A stretch of DNA of 64,000 bases from the NCBI RefSeq assembly GCF_964213995.1, contig NC_135804.1, positions 111,724,001-111,788,000 of the forward strand, read 5' to 3'. Shown in pieces: positions 37,975 to 50,629 of the stretch. This DNA is from Mustelus asterias (lineage: Eukaryota). Position numbers and translations under genes: made by a program. The notes beneath the pieces were generated by a model. The model did no database searches. It was given only the letters and a program-made list of their open reading frames with translations, and was not told the origin of the DNA. The first letter of the stretch is position 1; the number at the start of each line of letters is the position of its first letter.

Positions 37975-39810
37975 ACTAGGTCATGGCTGATCTCCTACCT
38001 CAATGCTCTCCCCATATCCCTTCATGTCCTTAACATCTAGAACTCTATTGATTTCTATTTTGAACAAACTCAATGACTGAACATCCATCGTCTTCAAGGG
38101 CAGAAAATGCCAAAGACTCACCACCCTCTGAGTGAAAAAATTCCTCTTCATCGCAGTCCTAAATGGTCTACCCCTTGTTCTGAGACTGTGTCCTCTGGTT
38201 CTAAGCCCCCAATCAGGGGAATCATCTTTCCTGCAGCTATTCTGTTGAGCCGTGTAATGATTGCTTCAATGAGATCATCTCTCATTCTTCTAACCTCTGG
38301 AGAATACTTTTTTTTTAAAATGACTTCATGGGAAATGGGTGACACCTGCAAGGCCAGCATTTATTGCTCATCCCCAATTGCCTTTGAACGGAGTAAATGC
38401 CACACCATTTCAGAGGGCAGTTAAGAGTCAACCACATTACTGTGGGTCTGGAGCCACATGTAGACCAGACTAGGTAAGGAATGCAAGATTTCCTTCCTTA
38501 ATAGGACATTAGTGAACCCAGATGGGTATTTACGACAAGCAATATTAGTTTCATGATCACCATCACTGAGACAAGCTTTATATTCCAGACTTGCTAATTG
38601 AATTCAAATTCCACCAGCAGCCACGGTGGGATTTGAACCCATACACCCAGAAAGGTCTCTGGATTACTTGTCTAGTGACATCATGACACCACCATCTCCC
38701 TGCAGTGGGATATAGGCCAAGTCTTCTCAGTTGCACCTCATAGAACAGCCTCACCAGCCCAGGAATCAATCTGGTGAACCTTTGTTGCACTTCCTTGATG
38801 GCAAGTATATCCTTTCTTGGATAAGGAGACCTAAACTGTACATTTTCCCTTTTTTGGGATCAAGCCAAGGTTCTATGCAACTGTAGCAAGACTTCCATAC
38901 TCCTGTACTCAAATCTTCTTGCAATAAAAGCCAACATACCATTTGGTTTCCAAATTCCATACTTCACGCGCACATTAGTTTTCAGTGACCCATGAACAAG
39001 GTGGATTACTTCAAATTTTTCCACATTATATTCAATCTGCCTTATTCTTGCCCACTCACTCAGTCAGTCTAAATCCCCTTGAAGCGTCTTTGCATCCTCC
39101 TCACAACTCTCATTTCACCTAGTTTTGTGTCATCAGCAAAGTTGGAAATATTACATTTGGATCCCACATCCAAATAATTGATATTGATTGTGAATATCTG
39201 GGGCTAAAACACTGATCCTTACAGTATCCCACTAGTCCCACAGTAACTTCATTGCAGCGTTAATGTAAGCCTACTTGTGACTAATGAATTAACCTTAATA
39301 ATACTTTAATAAATCCATTACAGCCATCTCTTTCAACACCCAGGGATATAGATCATCAGGTCCATGGGGATTTGCCAACTTTCAGTCCCATTAATTTCTC
39401 CTGTACTATCTTTTACTGCTTTCTTTCAGTTTCTCATTCATGCTAATTCCTTGATTCTCTCAGATTTCTAGGAGGTTTTTTTATATCTTCCTCCAGGAGA
39501 ACAGACACAAAGTATTTGGTTAGTTTCTCTACCATTTCCTTATTTCCCCATTATAACTTCTCCTGTCTCTGCCTATAATTTGTCTTTGATAATCTTTTCC
39601 TTTCTGCAAACCTACAGAAGGCTTTACAGTCAATTTTTATGTTTCTCATTGGTTTACTTTCATATTCAATTTTCCTTTTATTTATCAATCTCTTTATCCT
39701 CCTTTGCTGAATTCTAAAATGCTTCCAATCCTCGGGCTTTTTGGCAACTTTATAAGCCTCTTTCTTTTAATCTAATAAAATCTTTAACATCTCTTGTTAG
39801 CCACGGTTGT
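37975..39810 (-). mobile_element. Decayed CR1 LINE with nested insertions (other-family LINE end at about 38320-38700, SINE tail at about 39238-39290)
   Basis: RRMRDDLIE, QQRFTRLIPGL and FADDTK remnants. Confidence 0.7.
39266..39589 (+). repeat. 324-bp local duplication, copy 2
   Basis: See copy 1. Confidence 0.92.
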
Positions 39811-40147
39811 GTTTTTGTGCCTCAAAAGAATGTATATTTGATGTAAAACTTTTAATTATTTCTTATCTCTCTTGTCATTAACACTCTGACATAACTTCTC
39901 TTCAATGGCGTTGAATGGCCTAACTGGGTAAACTGAACATCAACCGATTTCCCCAAAATAACTGCCTTATTATATTCCATGTTGTTTCATCTGAGCCTTT
40001 TTCATAGAAAGTTTACTGCCAACAGCATTCATATATCACTAGAGACTCAATCAGTACTTACAAAATGGCTTACCTGATCAATTTTACATGGAATTACAAC
40101 TCTCTAGTGATCTCAAAATGTTGTAATTACGGAGCACTTTTACTCAC

Positions 40148-40346
40148 CATCACTGCATTTGTATTTGCAGAGCCCATCCTCTCCACCTAGCAAATCCAGT
40201 GCTGCGTTCAGATACATGTCAATTTTATGAATTCCGTTCCGAATGGTTTTCAGCTTCCCCAGCCAATCTTTGTAGTGTGCCTCTTCTGAGTGGCACCCAT
40301 GACTCCTCAAAATAATTCCCACAAGCACACAAATCAGCAAATGCAT
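40148..40346 (-). CDS. PLA2G12A: Group XIIA-type PLA2, coding exon 1 (signal peptide)
   Basis: MHLLICVLVGIILRSHGCHSEEAHYKDWLGKLKTIRNGIHKIDMYLNAALDLLGGEDGLCKYKCSD|gtgagt; four exons total 561 nt = 186 aa + stop. Confidence 0.95.
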
Positions 40347-41109
40347 GCTCAAGGAAAACTCTGCACTGAACCACTTTTCACTTCAGGTTTTCAGTTGTAA
40401 TGCACAAAACTTCTTGCTGTTTTTTTTTAAAAACACAATACAACGGAAACTACTATTGCAAGAGTTCATTGGCATCCCACATCAAAAAATAAAAATGTTC
40501 AGCAAGTAGAGTCAGTGTCAGAGTAATTTAGCGCGGTCAGACTTCACCAGTTACTAAACTATTGACTGCTGCTGCTGCAAATAGTTTTTCTCTGGCAACT
40601 GTTTGTCAGGCTGTACAAACATCACTGCTGGTCACGTGGATGAGAACAGCAAGCCAAATTGGATGGAAGTGTCACATTTGTCGTATTCCTGTTAAACTAG
40701 AATGGGGGAAAAAAGGAGCACCTATGAAATCAAAATTTATCCAAAATATATCCTTTTAAATTCAAATTTCAATATTTACAAACACAAATTCCTACTTAGT
40801 TAATAACAAAAGCAAGTGAAAGCCTCGAAGACAAATGGATAAAATATTCACTTTATCAAATTTGCCATTCTAAAAGTATAAATAATAGTTTTGAAAACAA
40901 CACAATACAGATCAGAGTAATTCTTTGGGCAGGTAATACAAATTTAACTATTCACTCATTTGTATATCTAAAACCCATTTGAATTCTTCATTACACAGCT
41001 ATTAGATTAGAAACTGAACTATTCCTTCAAGATAGAAACCATACTAAGGCCATTCTACACAACATTTGTCTGAGGTACCACAATTACTGATAATGTAATA
41101 GACTGAAGC

Positions 41110-41780
41110 ATACGGAAGTACGAAAGAAATAGACCATTCAGCCTCTTGAGCCTATTCCGTCATTCTGAGATTATGGTCTAAATGTATCCACTTGACTCCA
41201 TACCCCTTAATATCCTCAGCTAGCTAAAGCTTAGCCATCTCAGATTTAAAATTATTAATTCAAATAACATCTACTGCTTTTGGTTGGAAAGAATTCCACA
41301 CTTCTATCATCCATTGTGTGAGGAAGTGCTTTCTAACTTCTCTCCTGAATAGCATGTTTTTGTTTTGAAAATGTGTGTGCTCTGACAGCCACTACAAGCA
41401 GAAAAAGTTTCCTTTCATTATTTTCAAAATCCTAAAAAACCTCACTTAAATTCTTCTATTTTCTAGAGAATATAAGTCTAGTCTATTTAACCTCTCCTGA
41501 TAATCTAATTCTTGATGCCCTGGTAAAATTCTGGAAAAATTACACTGCTCCTTTTAAGGCGAATATATCCTTTCTAAATTGTGAAGCCCAGAATTGTAAT
41601 CCAGAGCTAACTGTAGCAAACCTTCCTCCCCTTTAAACTCTAGTCCTCTAAGTATAAAGGCTAACATTTCATTAGTTTTTAAACACTTTTTGAACCTTGA
41701 TCACTGCATTTTAATGACTTATGTACATGGACTGCTCTTTGAACCTCCACTATTCTCATCTTTCCATCATTTAAAAATAT
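41110..41780 (-). mobile_element. Old CR1 LINE 3' fragment
   Basis: AGACCATTCAGCCTCTTGAGCCT-type 3' end and decayed RT C-terminus. Confidence 0.6.
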
Positions 41781-42454
41781 TCATCCAACTTTTGGTGTGG
41801 ATATAAATTTTACAACATTAATAGATAATTCCACAACAAACATATAGCAATGTTATATCGAGGGTTGCTAACCATCTGATTTTCAATTAAACTGTTAGAA
41901 ATGTCTATAAAGCCAGACAACAGAAGTTTTAAAATAGGAAGGAGTTAATCCTCCAAGTTAATTTTATGGTGTGGAATGTTCATTCAAACATTCAAAAGTA
42001 CCACAACTCAAATTATGGTTCCACCCTGTCCTAACTTGCCCCATGTTTAATGATAGAGTTGGAATAAAATGGTTACCCTAACATTACAATAGATAAAGGC
42101 CATGAAACACATAGGCAGGCTATAAAACAAAAACATTTTTGTTTACACATCCATTCTGATAATTCTGCCCTGATCTGCATTCCCGCCTTTCCTTCCTTTA
42201 TTCTATGCATCAAGGCCTTCATCCCCATATTGTGGGCTTCTGAACAAAATTAATTTGCCTTTCAAGAATTTGGCTTATCTTCACATTACTCCTTAAAATC
42301 CATTTCTGTGTTTTTGTTGACTTACACTGCCTAATCCTTCTCTGGAGTAACACCCAACTGTGAAACACCTTGGAACATACCAACTCAGAGATACAATAAA
42401 TGTTCTCGATCTTCCTTTTGCCCTCTCCCATTTTCTGTCAAAGTAATCAGTGAG

Positions 42455-42840
42455 AATAGTCCTGCCTCTGAATCAGCGGTCTTTGGGTTCAAGCCTTCAG
42501 CATTTAAACTGACACTTCAGTATCATACTGAAGGTACTATGCTGTTTAGGGGTACTGTTTTTGGATGAGATGCTACAACTGAGATCTGTCATCACAGGTA
42601 GGTGTAAAAAAAATCCCACCAAACAAATGAGAAAGAGCAGCAGAGTTATCCCAATGTCTTTATTAACCTTTAAGCCCTCAACCCCATTACTCAAAACATC
42701 CAATCTCTTATTAATGTTTGTAGGACAGTGCCATGCTCAAATCAGCTGCTTTATTCCCTACAACAATGAATACACTCCAAAAACACTTGATTGGTTCTGA
42801 AGCTAAGATGCTGAAAGGGGCTACATAAATGCAAGTTTTT
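42455..42840 (+). mobile_element. Old Deu-domain-type SINE
   Basis: GCCTCTGAATCAG..GGGTTCAAGCC head; CTACATAAATGCAAGTT tail. Confidence 0.55.
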
Positions 42841-43854
42841 TCTTACTCTAAATCTCCATCAAAATTAACATTATAATGTACGACGGATAAGGTTGAGGAC
42901 TGATTCGAAGGCTAGGATGTGGTCTCAGGAGTGTGTTGGAACAATTACAAATATTCGAAACTTAAGATTGCACAGAGCTGAACTCTTCACTTTGTTGCAG
43001 CCCAAGACACCTCAAACTTAAAAAATAAATGTGTGAGATCGCAAGCAAGTCAGGCTACGATTCAAAATATCACTCAGGGTGTCTCCGATCGCACAGAGTG
43101 TAGTCCAACTACACTTTCAACTCTATCCAATGAGCAACACACAGTGTTGACGTGACCAGCACTACCTATCACCACGCTCCCAAACCACTGATATCACAAC
43201 CAGCAATTAAACTGCCCGCTGTTCTAGATAAGACACAAACTTCTCATTCCATTCAAAATTTAATGTTTTGAGTAGAGGGTTGCTCATGCCTTTTCCCAGA
43301 TTCCAGTTACACCCAAATCACTTTGGGGAATGCTTTTTAACAGGAAATACTTGAAACAGACATCAATGCATATTATAGAGAAAAGTACCTTAAATATTTG
43401 AAAACAATAAAAGTTATGAGAAGAGAACAGGACAGTTGGATTCTTTTTAGTTGCCGAGCAAAAAACACAATTAATCTTGCAACTTACTTCTGTGTCAGCT
43501 CTTTGCTACAGATCCATGGCAGCAAATGTGGGGGACTATTTAAATTTAAGAAGCACAAAAGAACGATTGGTACAACTAATTTTGTTGAGAGCAAAATTAT
43601 ACCAGATTTAAGACCACATTTCCAATATTTACTCAAATGCTGGCCTTTAAATAAATATAACATAGATTAATGTAGCTCAATAGTTTAAAACTTTTCATAA
43701 CTAATTCCATTAAAATATGATGCCTTTCTAATTATTCATATTCATAGAAACATATATTGCTCATTTGAAAAATAATCTATCCTTCACTTGTTTATATTTG
43801 TTTCTTGATTTTCTCTCAATCATCTCCTTCTTACTATCAAAAGAGAAAACACTG

Positions 43855-43992
43855 GAAGCTTTGACAAAGGGTCATCTGGACTTGAAACGTCAGCTCTTTT
43901 CCCTCCTTACAGATGCTGCCAGACCTGCTGAGATTTTCCAGCGTTTTCTCTTTTGGTTTCAGATCCCAGCATCCGCAGTAATTTGCTTTTAT
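43855..43992 (+). mobile_element. PLE end (family B) with decayed hammerhead
   Basis: AGCU-UUGACAA-A-GGGUC(aucug)GACUU-GAAA-CG-UC-AGCU, followed by CAGATGCTGCCAGACCTGCTGAG..GCAGTAATTTGCTTTT. Confidence 0.75.
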
Positions 43993-44290
43993 CGTTCTTC
44001 CTATCCTTGATTTGGTCCAGTCTTGTCTTCCTCGCCTCTTTACTTGTCTCCCATTTCAATTGTCCCATCTTTCTTATTCATCTCTCTCTTCCCTTCTCCG
44101 TCTATCTCCTGTCACCTTGGTTCAGCCGTGAGAAATTTGAGAGTTTAAATCTCACCGTGGGCTTCATCGCAAAACTGACACTCAAGTGTCTTTCAGATTA
44201 AACAGAGTTCTTATCTGCCTGCTCAGGTGGTCATATTCAAATAGCATGGAACACTCCCTCAACTACTATCACCAAAATGATTATTTGATC

Positions 44291-44497
44291 CAAAAACAGA
44301 AAATGTTGGAGAAACTCGGCAAGTCTTGCAGAGAGAATAGACTCAACATTTCGAATCAGAGCTCTGACGAAGGGTTGCCCTGATGTAAACGTTGGCTCTA
44401 TTCTCTCTCCACAGATGCTGTCCGACCCGCTGAGATTTTCCAGCATTTTCTGTTTTTGTTTCAGATTCCAGCAGCCGCAGAATTTTGCCTTTTTATT
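44291..44497 (+). mobile_element. Palindromic mini-PLE (family B) with 14-bp TSD
   Basis: ATGATTATTTGATC at 44277-44290 and 44498-44511; imperfect inverted arms; CTGACGA core at 44364; inserted in an old SINE. Confidence 0.85.
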
Positions 44498-44779
44498 ATG
44501 ATTATTTGATCGTTCACTCACTCATTGACTATTTGTGGGGCATTTATGAGCAGATTATTCATAGTATTTGCTTAAATCGCAAGCGATCGCACTTCCAAAG
44601 TAATCCATCGCTTGTCGAAGTGCTATCTTGGTGATACGAGAAGCACTTTATAAATGGAGTTTGCTTCTTTCCCCTCCCCCTCGCTGTATTCTACTCTCTC
44701 TCTCTATATATATATTTCATTTCTTGGTTAACTTTTCTTTCGCTCTTTCTCAAATCCTGAACATGCACGGAAACTGCTG

Positions 44780-45142
44780 CAGTCTCGGCGTTCACCTCCT
44801 CCTAAGGAGAAAAGCCAACATTTGGAGCCGACCTGCCCCTTTCCCTCAGCCTCCCCCAGTACTCACCCTCTGCTCTTGTCCAATGTTCACTCTCAGCCCC
44901 CGGTGTTGTTTTTTCGCTGCGGGGCCTTCATCTCGGGTGGCGCTGCTTGATGACGACAGGAGCCGCTTTCTGACAGAATATTTTAAGGAATCATCCCACC
45001 AAATAACCTTCCGCCACACAAAGTGAAAAGCTCCACACCGCAATCTCACTGGGTATTAATTAAATCGTCCGTCTGGTTACTTGGCAGCTCGTGTTCTGTG
45101 GGCACTCTGTCAGGTGGCTACTGTCTCTCTCTCCAGGACAAC
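44780..45142. promoter_or_regulatory. Probable bidirectional promoter region (PIN4 / PLA2G12A-type gene)
   Basis: Locally raised GC/CpG; strong minus-strand donor AGG|GTGAGT at 44866; PIN4 ATG at 45143. Confidence 0.55.
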
Positions 45143-45176
45143 ATGCCTCCTAAAGGGAAGTCGAAGAGTGGGAAAG
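45143..45176 (+). CDS. PIN4: Parvulin-14 peptidyl-prolyl isomerase, exon 1
   Basis: MPPKGKSKSGK(G)|gtgt. Confidence 0.9.
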
Positions 45177-46739
45177 GTGTGTTTGCCTTTAAGTTTGTCT
45201 AATCGCATCAGTACTCGGATTCAAGTTAAATCTCAATCCTTGTGAAAATATATATTGAAAAGGATCATGTGCTGTTCTACACCCTCACCCACTTCTATTG
45301 GAGTGCTCATGTAAAATAGAGAGGTGGATATTGAGTAATAAAAGGGAGACGAGATTGATCAACAAATGTATACAATTGAGGGTGGATTTAAACTTGGTGG
45401 GCCTAGATGAAACAGCAATGCCTGGTGACATTTTATATAATTCTTGTTAGTTGTGAGTACACAGGCTGACTTAGTTGCTCTTGGACCCATAGTCTAAGTG
45501 AAAGCATGGTTGCTGTTTTTCAGCAGCCAGTATGTTAATCAAGAAGTGATGATGTATTTATGAGTTTGCAGGTTTCTTCCATGCCCTGACTTTGCAGTTT
45601 TGTGGCTAATTTGATTAGTTCGCGTGCCCTTGCACTTACGAGGGGGAAAACCAGGGCAAGGTATGATTTCTGTGCACTCAGTCAGACAATCCACATATGG
45701 ACCAGAATTTTATCGTCCTGCCCGCCACGGGAATGGGCAAGGGACAGACAATGGGAAGGTCCGTTGACCTCGGGTGGGATTTTACGGTTTCAGGTCGAGC
45801 AAGGCTGTAAAATCCCATTGGGCCAAAATGGGGTGTTCAGTTTTGTGGATCCTTGCAGGCAAGTTGCCTTGTCACACTCACAATGCATACACGTGAAGAA
45901 GAGTATATTACCATTCAAAGAGTATACAATAGGACTGAAAACATTCACAGAACAGTCTCCGATATAAAAGATACTTCTCAGGTCCAGTGGTGTCAGTCAC
46001 TTCTGTAAATGGATCTCATGTCCTTTAAGTGCTGGAGTAAACTCGTATGTGCCAATATCTACTTACATCACAGTGTAATACAGGTTGTAATGTCGATACC
46101 CGTTACCACTTTCAACTGGATATTCACATATTTTGCACTTGTCTTCACCCAGTGTTTTTGAAGGTAAACTCAGGAAGCATCTTGCCAGATATAAATAATT
46201 TAAGTGCTTTATTTCACAACAAGGGAACACAACAGTAATGCTCAGGTTCACTTAATTCAATCAGTACTGCTTATACTCACGTAATAATTCAAAATAACCC
46301 ATGCAATGCTTCTTTATTATATCAATGGGACATTTTGCTGGGATTAAGTGAAATAATTCCTAACTACCCTCTTGAATTCTCCTTCCGAGCTTTGTGAAAG
46401 TTTACCTTTACAACTTTGTTGAAAGACCTGAATGATAGCCTGATTTTGTGTCTCTAACTTTTTATTTCCATGCTCACAATGCAAAAGATGTCCCAATGCC
46501 AAGCACTTAGATCCATGGACATCAAAACAATGAAGCATTTTTCAATTGTTGAGATAGACTCACAAGTTATTGTTGTTAGTCTTTGAGGAATCAAACCGTA
46601 GCTCATTAATAGTAAAAAAACTCAAAAAACAAGATGTAACTTTAGCTCATGCAGCCGTTGGCTGAATCCCTGTGAATTATGAGTTACCGATGCATTTGCT
46701 TTGAAGACAAAGAAACATGTTCCATTTTGTATATTTAAG

Positions 46740-46807
46740 GTGGCGCAGCTGGTGGTGATAATACTGATAAGAAAGATAAAGGGTCCAAAGGAGGTAACGC
46801 AGTGAAG
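46740..46807 (+). CDS. PIN4: PIN4 exon 2
   Basis: ttaag|GGAAGGDNTDKKDKGSKGGNAVK|gtaagc. Confidence 0.95.
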
Positions 46808-47837
46808 GTAAGCGATCAGAGTATCAGCCAGCTTCTTTGATAATATGCTTACCTTTGAGTTATAGGTTATTGGTCAAAAGCCACATCAGGAGTAAATATA
46901 TAACCGAGGCTAATATTTCAGTGCAGTACTGAGGAAATTCCAGCATTGGCAGAGGTTGATTCAGACATAATTTAAACCTGCTTTTCATGATGGTTCAAAT
47001 GAATGTTGAAGATCCAATCTTTTTTTGAACATGAGGAAGAGGGGAAAACTGCCTTGATACCCAGGCAAAGATCAGTACCAATTTAAAAATTAATTAATAT
47101 GGGTGTTTTTGGCAGAATAGTTCCTCTGACTACAAAATAGTTTTACAAAAAGTGATTTATGTATTATTATGTAAAGTCCTTTAATGTGAAAGCTCATATA
47201 AATACAAGCATCATCTTGTATTATTGCTTTATGAAGACAGTATAACCTGCTTTTAATAGAAATATCTAATAATTTCAATTTGTGACCACTAAATTCCCAC
47301 ATTTTTGTGTTATTTATGTTGCTTAATTCAAACTACTAGGTAACTCGAAATTTCTAATACAAGAACAACTTTGAAGGATCAAGAATAGATTATATTGAGG
47401 TACTTAATGCAGTGAATTAGTATGAAAATAGTCTACAATGGAAATTGTAATTGAACTTGTAAATTACAATTCTTTACTACTGTATTATTTAATTGGAATA
47501 GCTATGCTGATGTCGAAAATGTTGAACAAAGCCCACAGAAAACTAGGTACCTGTGTGACTTAATGGTCACACAAAGCAGAGTGGTCACAATGGGAAATGA
47601 GGTGGAGAAGATTCCTATATATTTTTCTGCATTTTGCTAACAATTTTGTTTGATCCAATGTTACTATCACCCCTGAGTCAGTGTTTGTATACTCAAGTCC
47701 CACTCCAGGATTCGAGCACTATCCCATCAAAGAAGTTCTGGTTTCATTTATTTTTTTGTTTAAAATTTCAAGCATGTTTCAAAAAATCCTGATGAACAAC
47801 ATCTATTTGACAGCATTCATCCTGAACACTGTTGCAG

Positions 47838-47957
47838 GTGAGGCACATTCTCTGTGAAAAACACAGTAAAATCATGGAAGCTATGGAGAAGTTGAAATCT
47901 GGCATGAAATTTAATGAAGTGGCTAGCCAGTACAGTGAAGACAAAGCCAGGCAAGGG
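47838..47957 (+). CDS. PIN4: PIN4 exon 3
   Basis: tgcag|[40 protein letters not shown]|gtaagt. Confidence 0.97.
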
Positions 47958-48804
47958 GTAAGTAGTAACTGAAACCGTGTGGAAATAATTACCATACTGC
48001 ATCTGATTCCCAATGGTAATACATATTGCAATTGTTTGTTAGTAAATGCAATATAGCTGCAATTTTTATCTGCTTTTCACTGCTTCCTCTGGCATTTTGT
48101 TGAACTATATGATTTCATGATAAAAAATATTCTGCAAACATTTCAGCATTGACTTGTTGATTGAAGTATAGATGTCTGGATTCACTACATCATTACTTTG
48201 GGACAAGCTGGCAGTGTTCACACTGCCATTGCAGGAGCAGATATGTATTCACTACAAACTGCTTAGTTTATCAGAATGTACAGTCATTGTATTCCATGTT
48301 TTGGTCAGGTTAGTGAAATTCACATTCTTTCAGTGAAGAACTGAAGGATGCCTTCATTTGACTGGATTTATTTGTTGAAATATTATCATTCAGGGTTATC
48401 CTACAAATTTGTCTAGATCAGCTGTGCTGTCATATTTTCCCAATTCCCAATCAGTGGTGACGTTCTGTTATGATAATGCATTAAACTTGTTGAACAAATG
48501 CAATAGCACTCTATTCAAAACCTGTTGTGAAAGATGACACATAATCCCCTGCAAATACCACTCCTGGTTGCAGGATTTCACTCAAACCATTTATTACAGC
48601 CCAGACCATGACTTAATATTCTGTGCGATATTCGGCCAACAAGTACAGTTCAGTTAAAAGTTGGGACCAGGCTGTTTGTGTAACTTTGCTGCGTGCAAGA
48701 CTTGAACACAATTAGTATACAGATGCACATGTACACAAACAGTATATAAATGTTTTCTTTCTACGCTTTTCAAACAAATTGAAAATGATTGTTTTCCCTT
48801 TTAG

Positions 48805-48963
48805 GGTGATCTGGGATGGATGACCAGAGGTTCAATGGTGGGACCCTTCCAGGAAGCTGCTTTTGCTCTGTCCAACAGCACCACAGACAAACCCATTTAC
48901 ACTGACCCCCCTGTCAAAACTAAATTTGGTTATCACATCATCATGGTTGAGGGAAAAAAGTAA
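48805..48963 (+). CDS. PIN4: PIN4 exon 4
   Basis: tttag|[52 protein letters not shown]; total 126 aa. Confidence 0.97.
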   Translation, partial: GDLGWMTRGSMVGPFQEAAFALSNSTTDKPIYTDPPVKTKFGYHIIMVEGKK

Positions 48964-49262
48964 AATTTATTTTATTTTCAGTTCTCAGTAAAACCATACT
49001 TTTTGAATAGAAATGGAACCCTTTCCACTTCTTTCTACAGACTCAGACCAATGTCAAGAAAGAATGGACAGCCTGCTTTCAGGGTTGCAATAGTATTATT
49101 TTCACTGGCTGCAAAGAAGGACATGAATATGTCAGGAATTACTCCTTTTTTGATGTCCTACCGCTCCTAAAAAAGTGACTATGATATACTATTACATTTC
49201 ATCAAGAGAAACACCATTGCAAGTTATGCTATTTTTTTGGATTTGTTGATGGAACGTGTCAA

Positions 49263-49268
49263 AATAAA
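49263..49268 (+). terminator. Probable PIN4 polyadenylation signal
   Basis: First AATAAA, 300 nt after the stop, with T/GT-rich sequence downstream. Confidence 0.65.
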
Positions 49269-50629
49269 CTGTATGAAGTTAAACACCATTCCTGCATTGT
49301 AAAATTTATTTAGAGGTTGTAAATTTTAGAATTTGTCAGTCTTTGTTTTATGAGATGAAAATCTACGAAGGTTTTGGCAATCTTTCTGCCTCCTTATTGA
49401 GTAACTGACTATTCTGTAATATAGAACTACAAGGAAGAGGAAGGCCACAAGTTTAATCGACAAGTCTGTTCTGAGTTGCTAGTTACCTCATCTCAGTTGA
49501 AGCAATTATACGACTTCTTTAACAGTCAAAATGTGCAACCAAGCATTTTAGCTATGCATATTTGCAATTTAATTACACCAGTGAAATTGTCTTACAGTTA
49601 CAGCACAGAACATAATCACAGATTGCAACATTAGTGCATTGTAAACAGAGTGGGAAGTTTAACATTTGGTAAGTAGTCGGCCTAAAATTTAGTCTTAACA
49701 TTTAGGAGAAGAAACTTATTTGCATAGCACTGTAGTGTTCTTCATTGAAATCAATTGAGGAAATCAGTACAGGCGATGGTCTGTGCGCTCACTCCCAGGA
49801 ATTGAAGTAAATCTGCATAGTGGCAACCGCTATGTGAGCTAATTTCTCCTCAATTTTTTTTAAAGTGCTATAGTCCACCATCTGTCAGCAATTGCCTGAA
49901 TAGAGGGTATTTATTGTGACCTGGAAGCTGACTGAACTGTTTTAACTTGGATGAGGCTCAAAAGATGTATAAAAGTAAAAAGATTTCTGTTGCAACACAG
50001 AGTGTAAGTACAGATTGCCATGTTAATGGGATGGATCATGTTTCCAATAGTACCCTTTCAGCTAGGGGAGTCCAGCCTCAAGAGCTTGTCCAAGTAGCAG
50101 ATATAAACAGCGCACAAGAGCCACCAGAAGCAGCAGAGCAACAAACACCAGACAAGTGGAGAGAAAAGCTCAAAAGGTGATGTTATAATGAGCACGAGTG
50201 TGGAATGTTGCATGTAAGTTAATTAAGTATTTAGTTTATTGGTTTGTGTTTTTAGTGGTTTGTGTTTTAACTTTAAAACTATAAAGAATATATATTTTTA
50301 TCTATAAATAAAAGGCTGAGATATGGCAGAGCAGTCTGTGTGTCTAGACTGCAGTGTATAGGAGTTTGTGGATAGCGAGACTTCCTGAGTGAAAACATAT
50401 GCAGTCGATGTCTCTGCCTCAAATCTCTCAGGCTTACAGTCATTGAGCTGGAGAACAAGTTGGAGACTGGACTGTTTGCTCAGATCTTGGTCACACCTTG
50501 TGGAAAATTGAAAGTTCAGAACAAGTTTGGAGTGACCATTTAATGTACTGAGTAAGGAGAACCAGGTGAAATAGAGGATGAGGATTTTCAGAAAGTGATC
50601 CCATCCAACAGGTACAATATATTGCTGAA

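Noticed and set aside
40347-40352. ORF-track start at TTG 40352
   Set aside because: Eukaryotic gene; the first in-frame ATG is at 40346
49947-50180. 77-aa hydrophilic ORF downstream of PIN4
   Set aside because: TTG start, no splice context, and it leads into a decayed CR1 5'/ORF1 region
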